NCBI GenBank assembly: GCA_002792165.1 | Contig: PFNV01000040.1 | Coordinates: forward strand, 1-57,996 | DNA length: 57,996 nt | Direction of reading: 5' to 3' | DNA from: Candidatus Tagabacteria bacterium CG_4_10_14_0_2_um_filter_40_13 | GTDB taxonomy: Bacteria; Patescibacteriota; Minisyncoccia; GCA-002779875 | Shown: positions 16,085 to 25,082 of the stretch, piece by piece | How the letters are laid out: each line of letters begins with the position of its first letter | Numbering within the stretch: the stretch's first letter is position 1 | The notes under the pieces: generated by a model | What the model saw: the letters and a program-made list of their open reading frames with translations, nothing else | Told to the model about the DNA's origin: nothing | Databases searched by the model: none | Made by a program: the position numbers and the translations under genes

Positions 16085-17328
16085 AACAATCGCAACTTTT
16101 TACAAAAACTTTTAAAAATGTTTCCAAGGATGATACATCCGCTAACGCCCAGCTTTTGACGAGAGGCGGTTTTATCCAAAAACTGGGAGCGGGAATTTAT
16201 TCTTTTTTGCCTCTAGGTCTTTTGGTTTTAAAAAAAATAGAAAATATAATCCGCGAAGAAATGAATGTTATCGGCGGACAGGAACTTTTGATGCCGGCGC
16301 TTCATCCGAAAGAAATCTGGGAAGAAACCGGAAGATGGCAAACCGCGGACTATTTGTATAAACTTCAGGACCGGCAGGAAAAATATTTCGCTTTAGGCGC
16401 AACGCACGAAGAAGTTATTACCGATATTGCAAGAAAATATGTCTTTTCATATAAAGACCTTCCATTATATCTGTATCAGATACAGGTAAAATTTCGCGAC
16501 GAATTAAGGGTTAAGTCCGGCCTTTTACGCACAAAAGAATTTCTAATGAAAGATATGTACAGTTTTCATGCCAGCGAAGAAGACAGAAAGGAATATTACG
16601 AGAAGGTCAAAAAGGCCTATGTGAAGATATTCGAACGTTGCGGACTCAAGGTTTTGGTGACGGAAGCTTCGGGTGGCATTTTTTCGAAAGAATATTCGCA
16701 TGAATTTCAGGTTGCCACGCCCGCCGGCGAGGATATTGTTTACTTCTGTCCCAACGGCGATTTCAGTCAAAACAAGGAAATTGCCGGCAAAAAAACAGGT
16801 GACAAATGCCCGGAATGCGGAAAGACATTAGAAGAGACCAAAACTATCGAAGTGGGCAATATTTTCACTTTAGGCACCAAATATTCCAATCCCATGAAAG
16901 CTATGTTTATTGACAAAAACAGCTCTAAAAAGCCGATTATTATGGGTTGTTACGGTATCGGTCCGAGCAGACTAATTGGCGCGATTGTCGAAGTTCATCA
17001 CGACGACAAAGGTATAATCTGGCCCGAGGCGATAGCCCCTTTTAAAGTCCATTTGATTGTCATAGAAGGTAAGGAAGATAAAAAAATTAAAGACACGGCC
17101 GATAAACTTTATCAAGATTTACAGGCAAAAGGCGTGGAGGTATTGTATGATGAACGTGAAGGAAAAACTGCCGGTGAAAAATTCGCGGATGCAGATTTAA
17201 TAGGGATTCCTTACCGAGCGGTAATAAGCAAAAAAACTCTGAAGGAAAATAAAATCGAACTAAAAAAGAGAGATGAAGAGAAAACAAAATTAATAAACGA
17301 AGAGGAATTTATAAAATATGTTGGATAA
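16081..17328 (+). CDS. proS: prolyl-tRNA synthetase, short form without an INS editing domain
   Basis: Class II motifs FRDELR..GLLR..EF.MKD.YSF and GCYGIG.SR, plus an anticodon-binding tail. CPNG..x17..CPEC replaces the INS domain. Confidence 0.85.
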   Translation: MKQSQLFTKTFKNVSKDDTSANAQLLTRGGFIQKLGAGIYSFLPLGLLVLKKIENIIREEMNVIGGQELLMPALHPKEIWEETGRWQTADYLYKLQDRQEKYFALGATHEEVITDIARKYVFSYKDLPLYLYQIQVKFRDELRVKSGLLRTKEFLMKDMYSFHASEEDRKEYYEKVKKAYVKIFERCGLKVLVTEASGGIFSKEYSHEFQVATPAGEDIVYFCPNGDFSQNKEIAGKKTGDKCPECGKTLEETKTIEVGNIFTLGTKYSNPMKAMFIDKNSSKKPIIMGCYGIGPSRLIGAIVEVHHDDKGIIWPEAIAPFKVHLIVIEGKEDKKIKDTADKLYQDLQAKGVEVLYDEREGKTAGEKFADADLIGIPYRAVISKKTLKENKIELKKRDEEKTKLINEEEFIKYVG

Positions 17329-18379
17329 ATTTTTCGGGTTATTTTCTCAAGACATAGGAATTGATTTGGGTACGGCAAATACCCTTGTTTATGTTCCCGG
17401 CAAAGGGATTATTATTAATGAACCGTCAATTGTTGCCGTTAATCAGAAAACCGGTCAAATTGTGGCAATCGGCAATGAAGCAAAAAATATGGTTGGCCGC
17501 ACGCCCGCGCATATCAATGTTATTCGCCCTCTTATTGAAGGCGTAATTTCAGATTTTGAAACGACAGAAGAAATGCTTTCTTATTTTATAAGAAAAGTTC
17601 AAAAAAGTTCGGTTAAAGTTTTTGCGCGGCCGGCGATTGTTATCGGTATTCCAACGGGCGTTACCGAAGTGGAAACGCGCGCCGTGCGCGATGCCGCAAA
17701 AAATGCCGGCGCCCGAAAAGTTTATATAGTTGAACAACCGATGGCCGCCGCCGTTGGCGTTAAATGCCCTATTCATGAACCGGTAGGAAATCTCATCGTA
17801 GATATAGGAGGAGGAACGGCCGATATCGCGATTATTTCCTTGAAAGGCATAGTGGTTTCAAAAAGTTTGCGCATAGCCGGCGATCGTTGGGATCAGGATA
17901 TTATCCAATACGCAAGAGATGAATTTAAGCTTCTTATCGGGGAAAAAACAGCCGAAGATGTAAAGATTGCGATAGGTTCGGCAGTGGCTATAAATGGCGG
18001 GGAAATAATGGAAGCCACTATTCGCGGCCGCGATCTTATAACCGGTCTTCCCCGCGAGATTACGGTAACAGATGCCGATATCAGAGAGGCAACGGCAAAA
18101 TCTATCAGAAGTTTGGTGAATACCATTAAAGAAGTTATTGAGGAAACGCCTCCGGAATTGATCTCGGATATCATGCACAGGGGTATTATTTTGGTCGGTG
18201 GCGGCTCTCAGTTGAGAGGTCTTCCCGAATATTTTACCAAGGAAACAAAAATTCCTGTCCGCCTTGCAGACGATCCTTTAACTGTCGTCGCGAGAGGTAT
18301 GGGTTTTATACTCGAAAATTTAGAAAATTTCCGGGAAATACTTATAGAACATGAGAACGACATACCGCCCCAATATTAA
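17318..18379 (+). CDS. mreB: rod-shape protein MreB (copy 2)
   Basis: GIDLGTANT, NEPSIVA and DIGGGTADIA motifs. Followed by mreC and mreD. Confidence 0.9.
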   Translation: MLDKFFGLFSQDIGIDLGTANTLVYVPGKGIIINEPSIVAVNQKTGQIVAIGNEAKNMVGRTPAHINVIRPLIEGVISDFETTEEMLSYFIRKVQKSSVKVFARPAIVIGIPTGVTEVETRAVRDAAKNAGARKVYIVEQPMAAAVGVKCPIHEPVGNLIVDIGGGTADIAIISLKGIVVSKSLRIAGDRWDQDIIQYARDEFKLLIGEKTAEDVKIAIGSAVAINGGEIMEATIRGRDLITGLPREITVTDADIREATAKSIRSLVNTIKEVIEETPPELISDIMHRGIILVGGGSQLRGLPEYFTKETKIPVRLADDPLTVVARGMGFILENLENFREILIEHENDIPPQY

Positions 18380-19151
18380 TAGAAGAAAGAGCAGAAAATT
18401 GATTTTAAGCGGGGCTTTAACCGCGCTTATTTTAATTGTAATTGTTTTTGGCGATTTTTCTTTCGGGATTATTGACAAACCAATTATGTACATTATTAGG
18501 CCGTTTTTCGGAATAAAAAATGTTTTTGGGCCCTGGTGGCAAAATTTGAGAATAGAATTCTATGAAAAAAAGTCCTTGCAGGAAGAAAATGAAATTCTGC
18601 GGGAAAAAATTATAGAGATGGAAACAAAAATTATCCGCAGTGAAATTCTGGAAAAAGAAAATGTAATATTGAAAAACGCTTTTTCAGCCGAGGAAAAGCA
18701 GAATTTTTTACTGGCATCGATTATTTTTCGGCCGTCAATAACTCCCTACGATATATTTATTATTGATTCCGGCTCCGATAATGGCGTTAAGGAGGGGATG
18801 CAGGTTTCGGCTTTCGGAAATGTTTTATTGGGTTATGTGGCGGATTTGTTTTCTGATACGAGTAAAATAAAACTTATTTCATCTTTTGGCGAAGAAACCA
18901 ACGTTATTTTGGAATCTTCGGGAGTTCCGGCTATTGCAATCGGTCGCGGCGGAGAAAATTTTGAGATTATGCTTCCGCGCGCGATTAAAGCGGATGTAGG
19001 CGAGCGCATAATTACTTTAGGCAAACAGCCGATGCTTATCGGAATCGTCGAAAAAATAGAGCATCAGGAAGCGGATCCTTTCCAAAAACTTATTTTCCGC
19101 CTGCCGGTTAATATCCAATATTTAAGCCATGTGTTTCTTTTGTCCCGATAA
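18351..19151 (+). CDS. mreC: rod-shape protein MreC
   Basis: N-terminal TM segment, coiled-coil (LQEENEILREKI) and a beta-rich C-terminal domain, directly after mreB. Confidence 0.7.
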   Translation: MRTTYRPNINRRKSRKLILSGALTALILIVIVFGDFSFGIIDKPIMYIIRPFFGIKNVFGPWWQNLRIEFYEKKSLQEENEILREKIIEMETKIIRSEILEKENVILKNAFSAEEKQNFLLASIIFRPSITPYDIFIIDSGSDNGVKEGMQVSAFGNVLLGYVADLFSDTSKIKLISSFGEETNVILESSGVPAIAIGRGGENFEIMLPRAIKADVGERIITLGKQPMLIGIVEKIEHQEADPFQKLIFRLPVNIQYLSHVFLLSR

Positions 19152-19157
19152 TTCGTT

Positions 19158-19505
19158 ATGATTTTAAGAATTTTATCTTCTATCATTTTGATTTTAAGTG
19201 CTATTTTCGCGCCGTGGCCGGTTACTGCGGCGCTGGCCGTATTATTTGCGGCATCATTTTCCTTGTTTTGGGAAATGATTATTGCGGGACTGCTGCTCGG
19301 CGCCGTCTACGGTTTACCTGGGGGCGAATCGGGATTTTTATTCACGTTTTTTATTGTAAGCTTTACTGCCGCTTTTGTCATCGAAGAATTTTTAAAACGT
19401 TTTACCAGGGAACAAAATATTTTTTCCTCTTTTTTCGTTGCCCTTGCCGGAGGAATTACAATCGCTTTATTATGGATGATTTTCAAAATAACTTTATATG
19501 TCTAA
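19158..19505 (+). CDS. mreD: MreD-like small membrane protein
   Basis: 115-aa polytopic membrane ORF between mreC and the PBP2 gene. The call rests on position only. Confidence 0.45.
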   Translation: MILRILSSIILILSAIFAPWPVTAALAVLFAASFSLFWEMIIAGLLLGAVYGLPGGESGFLFTFFIVSFTAAFVIEEFLKRFTREQNIFSSFFVALAGGITIALLWMIFKITLYV

Positions 19506-21165
19506 GAGATTAAACAATCGTACGCTTGATCCTGATGAAATTTTCGCCGACTCCCAAAATATACCCGGTTTCGATAAATATCAATTCGAAGGTCGTTTGG
19601 AAAAACCCATCGCCAAATCTACATTCACAAGTATTAATTTTTGCTTTCTTTTTTTAGGAGGGTTGCTCCTGTCTCAAATAATATACTTGGAAATTGTAAA
19701 AGGCGAAATATATGTTTCGAAAAGCGAAACCAATTATTTGCGCGCTTTAAGCATTCCTTCAACGCGCGGTATTATTTACGACAGAAACGGCAAAGAATTG
19801 GCTTGGAATGATTCTCTGACGGAAAACGGCAATACAGAAGTGATAAGATCCTATTCCGAAATGCCTGGCTTAGGACATATTTTAGGATATATTGGAATAA
19901 TAACCGCGGATAAAATAGCGGGCAAGGACGGTATTGAGAAAAAATATGAAGATGTTTTAGCGGGTGTAATAGGCGTGAAGCTTGTGGAAATGGATTCTAA
20001 AAATCAAGTTGCATCCGAAAGCATGCTTAGGCCCCCGGTAAACGGAAAAAACATTAAACTTACGATTGACGCAGAGCTTCAATCCGATCTTTATAATATT
20101 TTAGGGAGCGTTGTTCGGGAACGCGGTTTTGGCGGAGGAGCGGGCGTTATCCTGGATATCCATTCAGGAGAAACACTGGCTCTTACGAGTTATCCTGAAT
20201 ATAATTCCCAAATTCTTTCCCGAGGCGAACCGGAAGATATTATAAAGGGATATATCAATAATAAACAAAAACCTTTTCTTAATCGCGCAATTTCCGGCTT
20301 GTATCCGCCCGGTTCCATTATTAAGCCGATGATTGCCTTGGCGGCTTTGACGGAAAAAATCATCAGTTCGGAAAAACAAATTTTCAGCGCCGGCAGTATT
20401 TCTCTACCCAACCCATTTTTTCCCGAATTAAAAAGCGTGTTTATGGATTGGAAAGCGCACGGTTGGGTTGATATGAGAAGAGCGCTCGCGATTTCTTCAA
20501 ACGTTTATTTTTACACGATCGGCGGAGGATATGAAGACGTAAAGGGTTTAGGCATCAGTAAAATTGATAAATACGCAAATTTGTTCGGCTTTGGCGCGAA
20601 AACAAATATAGATTTAGATAGAGAAGAGGAAGGAATGATTCCGAGTCCTGCCACGAAGGCGCTTAATACAAAAGATCCTATTTGGAGAATCGGCGACACT
20701 TATCATGCCAGCATAGGCCAGGGAGATTTTCAGATTACGCCAATCCAAGCGGCTGTTTATGCGGCTACCGTTGCGAATAATGGTCTACTCCTTCAACCTT
20801 ATGTGGTAATTGATGATTCGAGCGACCAAACGCCAAAAAGAGGTAAAACATTGGCTATTCCTCCGGAATATTTCAAGATCGTTAAAGAAGGGATGCGGCT
20901 GGCGGTTCTTGAGGGGACTGCGCAAGGTTTGAGCGGCTTGGGAATAGATGTTGCCGCTAAAACCGGCACAGCTGAATTGGAATCTAACGCGACTAAGTTA
21001 GTCAATTCGTGGTTAATAGGATTTCTTCCATATAATAATCCTAGAATCGCTTTCAGTATTCTGCTGGAAAGAGGAAAACCAACCAACCTTATCGGCGGCG
21101 TTTATGCCGGTCGCCAGCTTTTGGAATGGATGCTTATCCACACCCCGCAATATTTGTCCCGTTAA
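19498..21165 (+). CDS. mrdA: penicillin-binding protein 2 (elongation transpeptidase)
   Basis: SxxK (GSIIKP), SxN (SSNVYF) and KTG (AKTGTA) motifs. Follows mreBCD. Confidence 0.85.
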   Translation: MSKRLNNRTLDPDEIFADSQNIPGFDKYQFEGRLEKPIAKSTFTSINFCFLFLGGLLLSQIIYLEIVKGEIYVSKSETNYLRALSIPSTRGIIYDRNGKELAWNDSLTENGNTEVIRSYSEMPGLGHILGYIGIITADKIAGKDGIEKKYEDVLAGVIGVKLVEMDSKNQVASESMLRPPVNGKNIKLTIDAELQSDLYNILGSVVRERGFGGGAGVILDIHSGETLALTSYPEYNSQILSRGEPEDIIKGYINNKQKPFLNRAISGLYPPGSIIKPMIALAALTEKIISSEKQIFSAGSISLPNPFFPELKSVFMDWKAHGWVDMRRALAISSNVYFYTIGGGYEDVKGLGISKIDKYANLFGFGAKTNIDLDREEEGMIPSPATKALNTKDPIWRIGDTYHASIGQGDFQITPIQAAVYAATVANNGLLLQPYVVIDDSSDQTPKRGKTLAIPPEYFKIVKEGMRLAVLEGTAQGLSGLGIDVAAKTGTAELESNATKLVNSWLIGFLPYNNPRIAFSILLERGKPTNLIGGVYAGRQLLEWMLIHTPQYLSR

Positions 21166-21233
21166 AAATTCAACTATATAATTATGCGATGAAAAAATTA
21201 TTATTGATATCCACAGAAAATTTCTAACGGGAT

Positions 21234-21262
21234 TTGACGTCTGCCGATTAAACTAATAGAAT
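21234..21262 (+). promoter_or_regulatory. candidate promoter of greA-lysS
   Basis: TTGACG (21234..21239), 17 nt spacer, TAGAAT (21257..21262). Confidence 0.5.
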
Positions 21263-21288
21263 GAGAAATCTGTTAATTGAACGACAAT

Positions 21289-21780
21289 ATGAATACATTG
21301 GAGTCACAATTTAATAATCCCGAATATTTGAGCCAGGAGGGGTTGGAAAAGTTGAAAAAAGAACTTGAAGAGCTTACAAAAATCCGGCGATTTGAACTTT
21401 CAGAAAAAATTAAGAATGCCTTGGCGCAAGACGATCTTTCGGAAAACGCTGAATACGACATTGCCAAAGAAGAACAATCAGAGAATGAGCGTCGTATTGC
21501 TGAAATCGAGGATATTTTGAGCCGAGCAGTGCTTATTTCAAAAGAAAGCGGCGGTACATATGTCCGCCTCGGTTCTTTGGTTTCTTTGAAAAAAGAAGGA
21601 AGTGACGCAATAGATCATTATTCTCTTGTCGGCAGCAAGGAAGAAGCGGATTCTTTGACGGGTAAAATATCCCACGAATCTCCTTTGGGCGCCGCTCTTT
21701 TAGGAAGAAAAAAAGGGGAAAAAGTGAAGGCTATTACGCCTAACGGAGAAATAAACTATACTATAATAGATGTTGGATGA
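21289..21780 (+). CDS. greA: transcription elongation factor GreA
   Basis: DLSENAEYD.AKEEQ coiled-coil block and a C-terminal FKBP-like domain. ATG 21289 chosen over TTG 21277. Confidence 0.85.
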   Translation: MNTLESQFNNPEYLSQEGLEKLKKELEELTKIRRFELSEKIKNALAQDDLSENAEYDIAKEEQSENERRIAEIEDILSRAVLISKESGGTYVRLGSLVSLKKEGSDAIDHYSLVGSKEEADSLTGKISHESPLGAALLGRKKGEKVKAITPNGEINYTIIDVG

Positions 21781-23224
21781 AATTCGCCAAGAAAGAATCA
21801 AAAAATTAAACCATTTGAAAGAAATGGGTATTAATGCTTTTCCCGTTAAAACTTCCAGAGATTTTTCCGTTGAAAGCGTCATAAAAGATTTCGGAAAATT
21901 AACCAGAAGAAAAAAGCCCTTATTTCTTGCGGGAAGAATTTTGGCTATTCGTTCTCACGGAGGTTCCATATTTTGCGATTTTACGGACGGCTCCGGAGTT
22001 TTTCAGGCTTTTCTGAAAAAAGATATTTTGGGAGAATTTTTTTCGCACTTTGAAGAAACAATCGATATCGGAGATTTTGTCGAATGGAAGGGGGTTCTTT
22101 TTGCAACAAAGAAAAAAGAAAAAACAATTCAAGTTTTATCGTGGAAAATTCTCGGTAAAAGCTTAAGGTCTTTGCCGGAAAAGTGGCACGGCCTTCAGGA
22201 TGTCGAAGAACGTTTCCGGAAACGTTATCTGGATATCCTGATGAACGCAGAGATTAAAGACAAATTTATTCTGCGTTCAAAGATGATTGGCGAAATAAGA
22301 TCTTTCCTGGATGTTAACGGTTTTATTGAAGTCGAAACTCCGGTTCTCCATCCCCTATCCGGCGGCGCCAACGCGGAACCATTTATTACTCACCAAAATT
22401 CGCTCGATATAGATTTATATTTAAGAATCGCTCCGGAATTGTATCTGAAAAGACTTTTAATAGGCGGAATGCCCAAAATTTACGAATTAGGAAGGCTTTT
22501 CCGCAACGAGGGGATTGATACGACTCATAATCCTGAATTTACAGAACTTGAGCTGTATGAAGCTTATCAAAATGCAGAAGGATTAAGGGATTTCATAGAA
22601 TCTTTAGTCAGAAAAATTGTGAAAAAAATTTGCGGTAAAGAAATAATTGAATATCGGGAGCAAAAAATAAACTGCAGCAGGAAATTTACCGTAATTCAAT
22701 TCTATGAAACTTTGAAGCGCCACGCTTTTATTATAAATCCCGAAAAAATTTCAAAAGACGAGCTTTTACTGAAAGCAAGGCAATTCGGAATTGATGTTGA
22801 CGCGAAAGAATCCCAATGGAAAATATTTGACCATATTTTTAAAAAGATTTGCCGGCCTAAGATAATCCAGCCGACTTTTGTTATAAATTACCCTTTAGAA
22901 TCTTCACCCTTGGCTAAAAAGATAGAAGGCGAGCTTTTATTGGATCGCTTCCAATTGATTATCGGCGGTTTGGAAATAGCCAACGGTTTTTCCGAACTGA
23001 ATGATCCGTTGGAGCAAAAAGAACGCTTTTTGGCCCAAGAAAAATTAGCTGCTTTGGGTGATAAAGAAGCAAATTCCAGCGATGAAGATTATATTGAGGC
23101 AATGGAATATGGAATGCCGCCCGCTGCCGGAGTGGGTATAGGAATTGATCGTATGGCAATGCTTTTAACAGATACCCACAACATTAAAGAAATCATTTTT
23201 TTCCCAACAATGAGACTTAAGTAA
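21770..23224 (+). CDS. lysS: lysyl-tRNA synthetase (class II)
   Basis: OB-fold N-terminus, FRNEGID motif 2 and GIGIDR motif 3. Confidence 0.9.
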   Translation: MLDEIRQERIKKLNHLKEMGINAFPVKTSRDFSVESVIKDFGKLTRRKKPLFLAGRILAIRSHGGSIFCDFTDGSGVFQAFLKKDILGEFFSHFEETIDIGDFVEWKGVLFATKKKEKTIQVLSWKILGKSLRSLPEKWHGLQDVEERFRKRYLDILMNAEIKDKFILRSKMIGEIRSFLDVNGFIEVETPVLHPLSGGANAEPFITHQNSLDIDLYLRIAPELYLKRLLIGGMPKIYELGRLFRNEGIDTTHNPEFTELELYEAYQNAEGLRDFIESLVRKIVKKICGKEIIEYREQKINCSRKFTVIQFYETLKRHAFIINPEKISKDELLLKARQFGIDVDAKESQWKIFDHIFKKICRPKIIQPTFVINYPLESSPLAKKIEGELLLDRFQLIIGGLEIANGFSELNDPLEQKERFLAQEKLAALGDKEANSSDEDYIEAMEYGMPPAAGVGIGIDRMAMLLTDTHNIKEIIFFPTMRLK

Positions 23225-23251
23225 TAGAATAAAATATAGTTAATATAAGCC

Positions 23252-23288
23252 AAGAATCCCTTCTTTTTATGAAAAAGAGGGGATTCTT
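23252..23288 (+). terminator. 17-bp-stem hairpin after lysS (no U-tract)
   Basis: AAGAATCCCTTCTTTTT-atg-AAAAAGAGGGGATTCTT with one G.U pair. Confidence 0.45.
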
Positions 23289-23291
23289 AAT

Positions 23292-23383
23292 TGTGGATAA
23301 GTATGTTTGCGCAGTATGTGATTGTGGATTACAATATAATTGAAGTGGTAAGAAGTGGATAAATCTGTGGATAATGTGGATAA
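23292..23383 (+). promoter_or_regulatory. array of co-oriented TGTGGATAA repeats upstream of mraZ (DnaA-box consensus and/or MraZ operator)
   Basis: Perfect TGTGGATAA at 23292, 23366 and 23375. One-mismatch copies at 23323 (TGTGGATTA) and 23354 (AGTGGATAA). A weak copy at 23344. The last four GTGG cores are spaced 10, 12 and 9 nt apart and end 9 nt before the mraZ ATG. Confidence 0.6.
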
Positions 23384-23392
23384 CTAATAATT

Positions 23393-23827
23393 ATGTTAAT
23401 CGGAGAACATATACATCGTATTGATCCTAAAAAAAGACTGGCTATTCCGGCAAGATTTAGAAAAGAATTGGGAGAAAAAGTTGTAATTACAAAAGGGCTT
23501 GATCAATGTCTTGTTCTTTATCCTCTAACCGAGTGGGAAAAAGTTGCCGAAGAATTAAGTAAACTCCCGACAGGCAAAAGCGAAAACAGAAACTTTGTCC
23601 GCGATTTCTTTTCGAAAGCGACAGATGTCGAGCTCGATGTTTTGGGAAGAATTTTAATCCCGGAATATTTGAAAACTTTAGCCGATCTCAAAGAAAAGGT
23701 TGTAATCGTCGGTATCTACAAAAGATTGGAAATCTGGAATGAAGAAAAGTGGAATGATTATAAGACGCGCGTTGAAAAACAAACGGATGTACTGGCGGAA
23801 AAACTGGGAGAATTGGGTGTATATTAA
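23393..23827 (+). CDS. mraZ: transcriptional regulator MraZ
   Basis: Duplicated SpoVT/AbrB-like halves: IDPKKRLAIPARFR and LDVLGRILIPEYL. Confidence 0.9.
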   Translation: MLIGEHIHRIDPKKRLAIPARFRKELGEKVVITKGLDQCLVLYPLTEWEKVAEELSKLPTGKSENRNFVRDFFSKATDVELDVLGRILIPEYLKTLADLKEKVVIVGIYKRLEIWNEEKWNDYKTRVEKQTDVLAEKLGELGVY

Positions 23828-23833
23828 ATCGCG

Positions 23834-24745
23834 ATGAGCCATATTCCCGTTCTTTTAAATGAAGTTATAAAGTTTTTGGATCCGAAGCCGGGGAATATTA
23901 TTTTGGACGCTACGGTTGATGGGGGAGGGCACGCGATCGCAATAGCGAAAAAAATTCTGCCCGACGGAAAACTGATAGGCATTGAGCAAGATAACAATAT
24001 TCTTGAAAAGCTAAGTTCGAAAATAGAAAACCAGTACCCAGAATTAAAAAACAGCAATATTCTGATAAACGGAAATTTCAGAGATATAGATAAACTTTTG
24101 AAACCTTTAAATATCAATGCGTTAGATGGAGCCCTGTATGATCTTGGAATGAGCTCTTTGCAACTGGAAGAATCGAAGAGAGGATTTACTTTTCTAAAAG
24201 ATGAGCCGCTGCTCATGACCTATAAATTCCCGATTGAGCCCGGAGATCTTACTGCCAAAGAAATTATCAATACTTGGCCGGAAAAAGAAATTGCCGACAT
24301 CCTGTTTCATTATGGAGAAGAGAGATATTCCAGGCGTATTGCCAGAAATATCGTCAGAAGAAGAGAAAAGAAGCCGTTTCAAAGCACTTTCGAACTTGCG
24401 GCGTTGGTTAAGCAAAGCGTTCCATATCGTCCCTTTCACCGCATTCATCCGGCGACAAAAACTTTTCAGGCTTTACGCATAGCGGTTAACAATGAATTGG
24501 AAGCAATATCAGAAAGTTTTGAAAAGGCGTGGCAATTCCTGATTCCGGGTTCGCGTCTGGTTATTATTTCTTTCCATTCCCTGGAAGACCGCATTGCCAA
24601 AAATTTTTTGAAAAGCAAAAAACAAAAAGGGGAAGCGGACATTAAAACTCCTAAACCGATTACGGCGACTGAAGAAGAAATTTATTTAAACCCCCGTTCC
24701 CGCAGCGCCAAACTAAGGGCGGCAGTTAAGCTGAAAATAATATAA
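23834..24745 (+). CDS. rsmH: 16S rRNA (cytosine1402-N4)-methyltransferase
   Basis: HIPVLL.EV, DATVDGGGH and DLGMSS.QL motifs. Confidence 0.9.
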   Translation: MSHIPVLLNEVIKFLDPKPGNIILDATVDGGGHAIAIAKKILPDGKLIGIEQDNNILEKLSSKIENQYPELKNSNILINGNFRDIDKLLKPLNINALDGALYDLGMSSLQLEESKRGFTFLKDEPLLMTYKFPIEPGDLTAKEIINTWPEKEIADILFHYGEERYSRRIARNIVRRREKKPFQSTFELAALVKQSVPYRPFHRIHPATKTFQALRIAVNNELEAISESFEKAWQFLIPGSRLVIISFHSLEDRIAKNFLKSKKQKGEADIKTPKPITATEEEIYLNPRSRSAKLRAAVKLKII

Positions 24746-24749
24746 TACT

Positions 24750-25082
24750 ATGGTTAATTATATAAAAAGAGAAGCATGGGGAAGACATCGAATAGGCTTA
24801 TTCGGCTCACTTATTTGCGCCATCATATTTATCGGCGTATTTTACCTTTATTGCGTAAGCGCTATGGTTATGGAGACGGTAAACCGAAATCAAAACTTTC
24901 AAAATCTTCAAGTCATTAAAAGAGAATATCAAGCGCTTGAAAAAAACTATCTTGATATTCTTTCAATATTCAATTTAGAATATGCTTATTCTCTGGGATT
25001 TGTAAGCGGAAATTCGCTGAGTTACGTTTCAAAACAGACTCCAGTGGCTCAAAGCGGCGGCTATGATAAAGCGATTAGATGA
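24750..25082 (+). CDS. ftsL: FtsL-like single-pass division protein
   Basis: 110-aa ORF with one TM segment plus a short coiled region, in the ftsL slot between rsmH and ftsI. Confidence 0.45.
   Translation: MVNYIKREAWGRHRIGLFGSLICAIIFIGVFYLYCVSAMVMETVNRNQNFQNLQVIKREYQALEKNYLDILSIFNLEYAYSLGFVSGNSLSYVSKQTPVAQSGGYDKAIR

Noticed and set aside
23225-23392. Calling this spacer the chromosomal origin (oriC) because of the DnaA-box-like array
   Set aside because: There is no dnaA/dnaN neighbourhood and no clear AT-rich unwinding element. All boxes are co-oriented, have about 10-bp phasing and abut mraZ, which fits an MraZ operator equally well. Reported as a finding, not as an origin.
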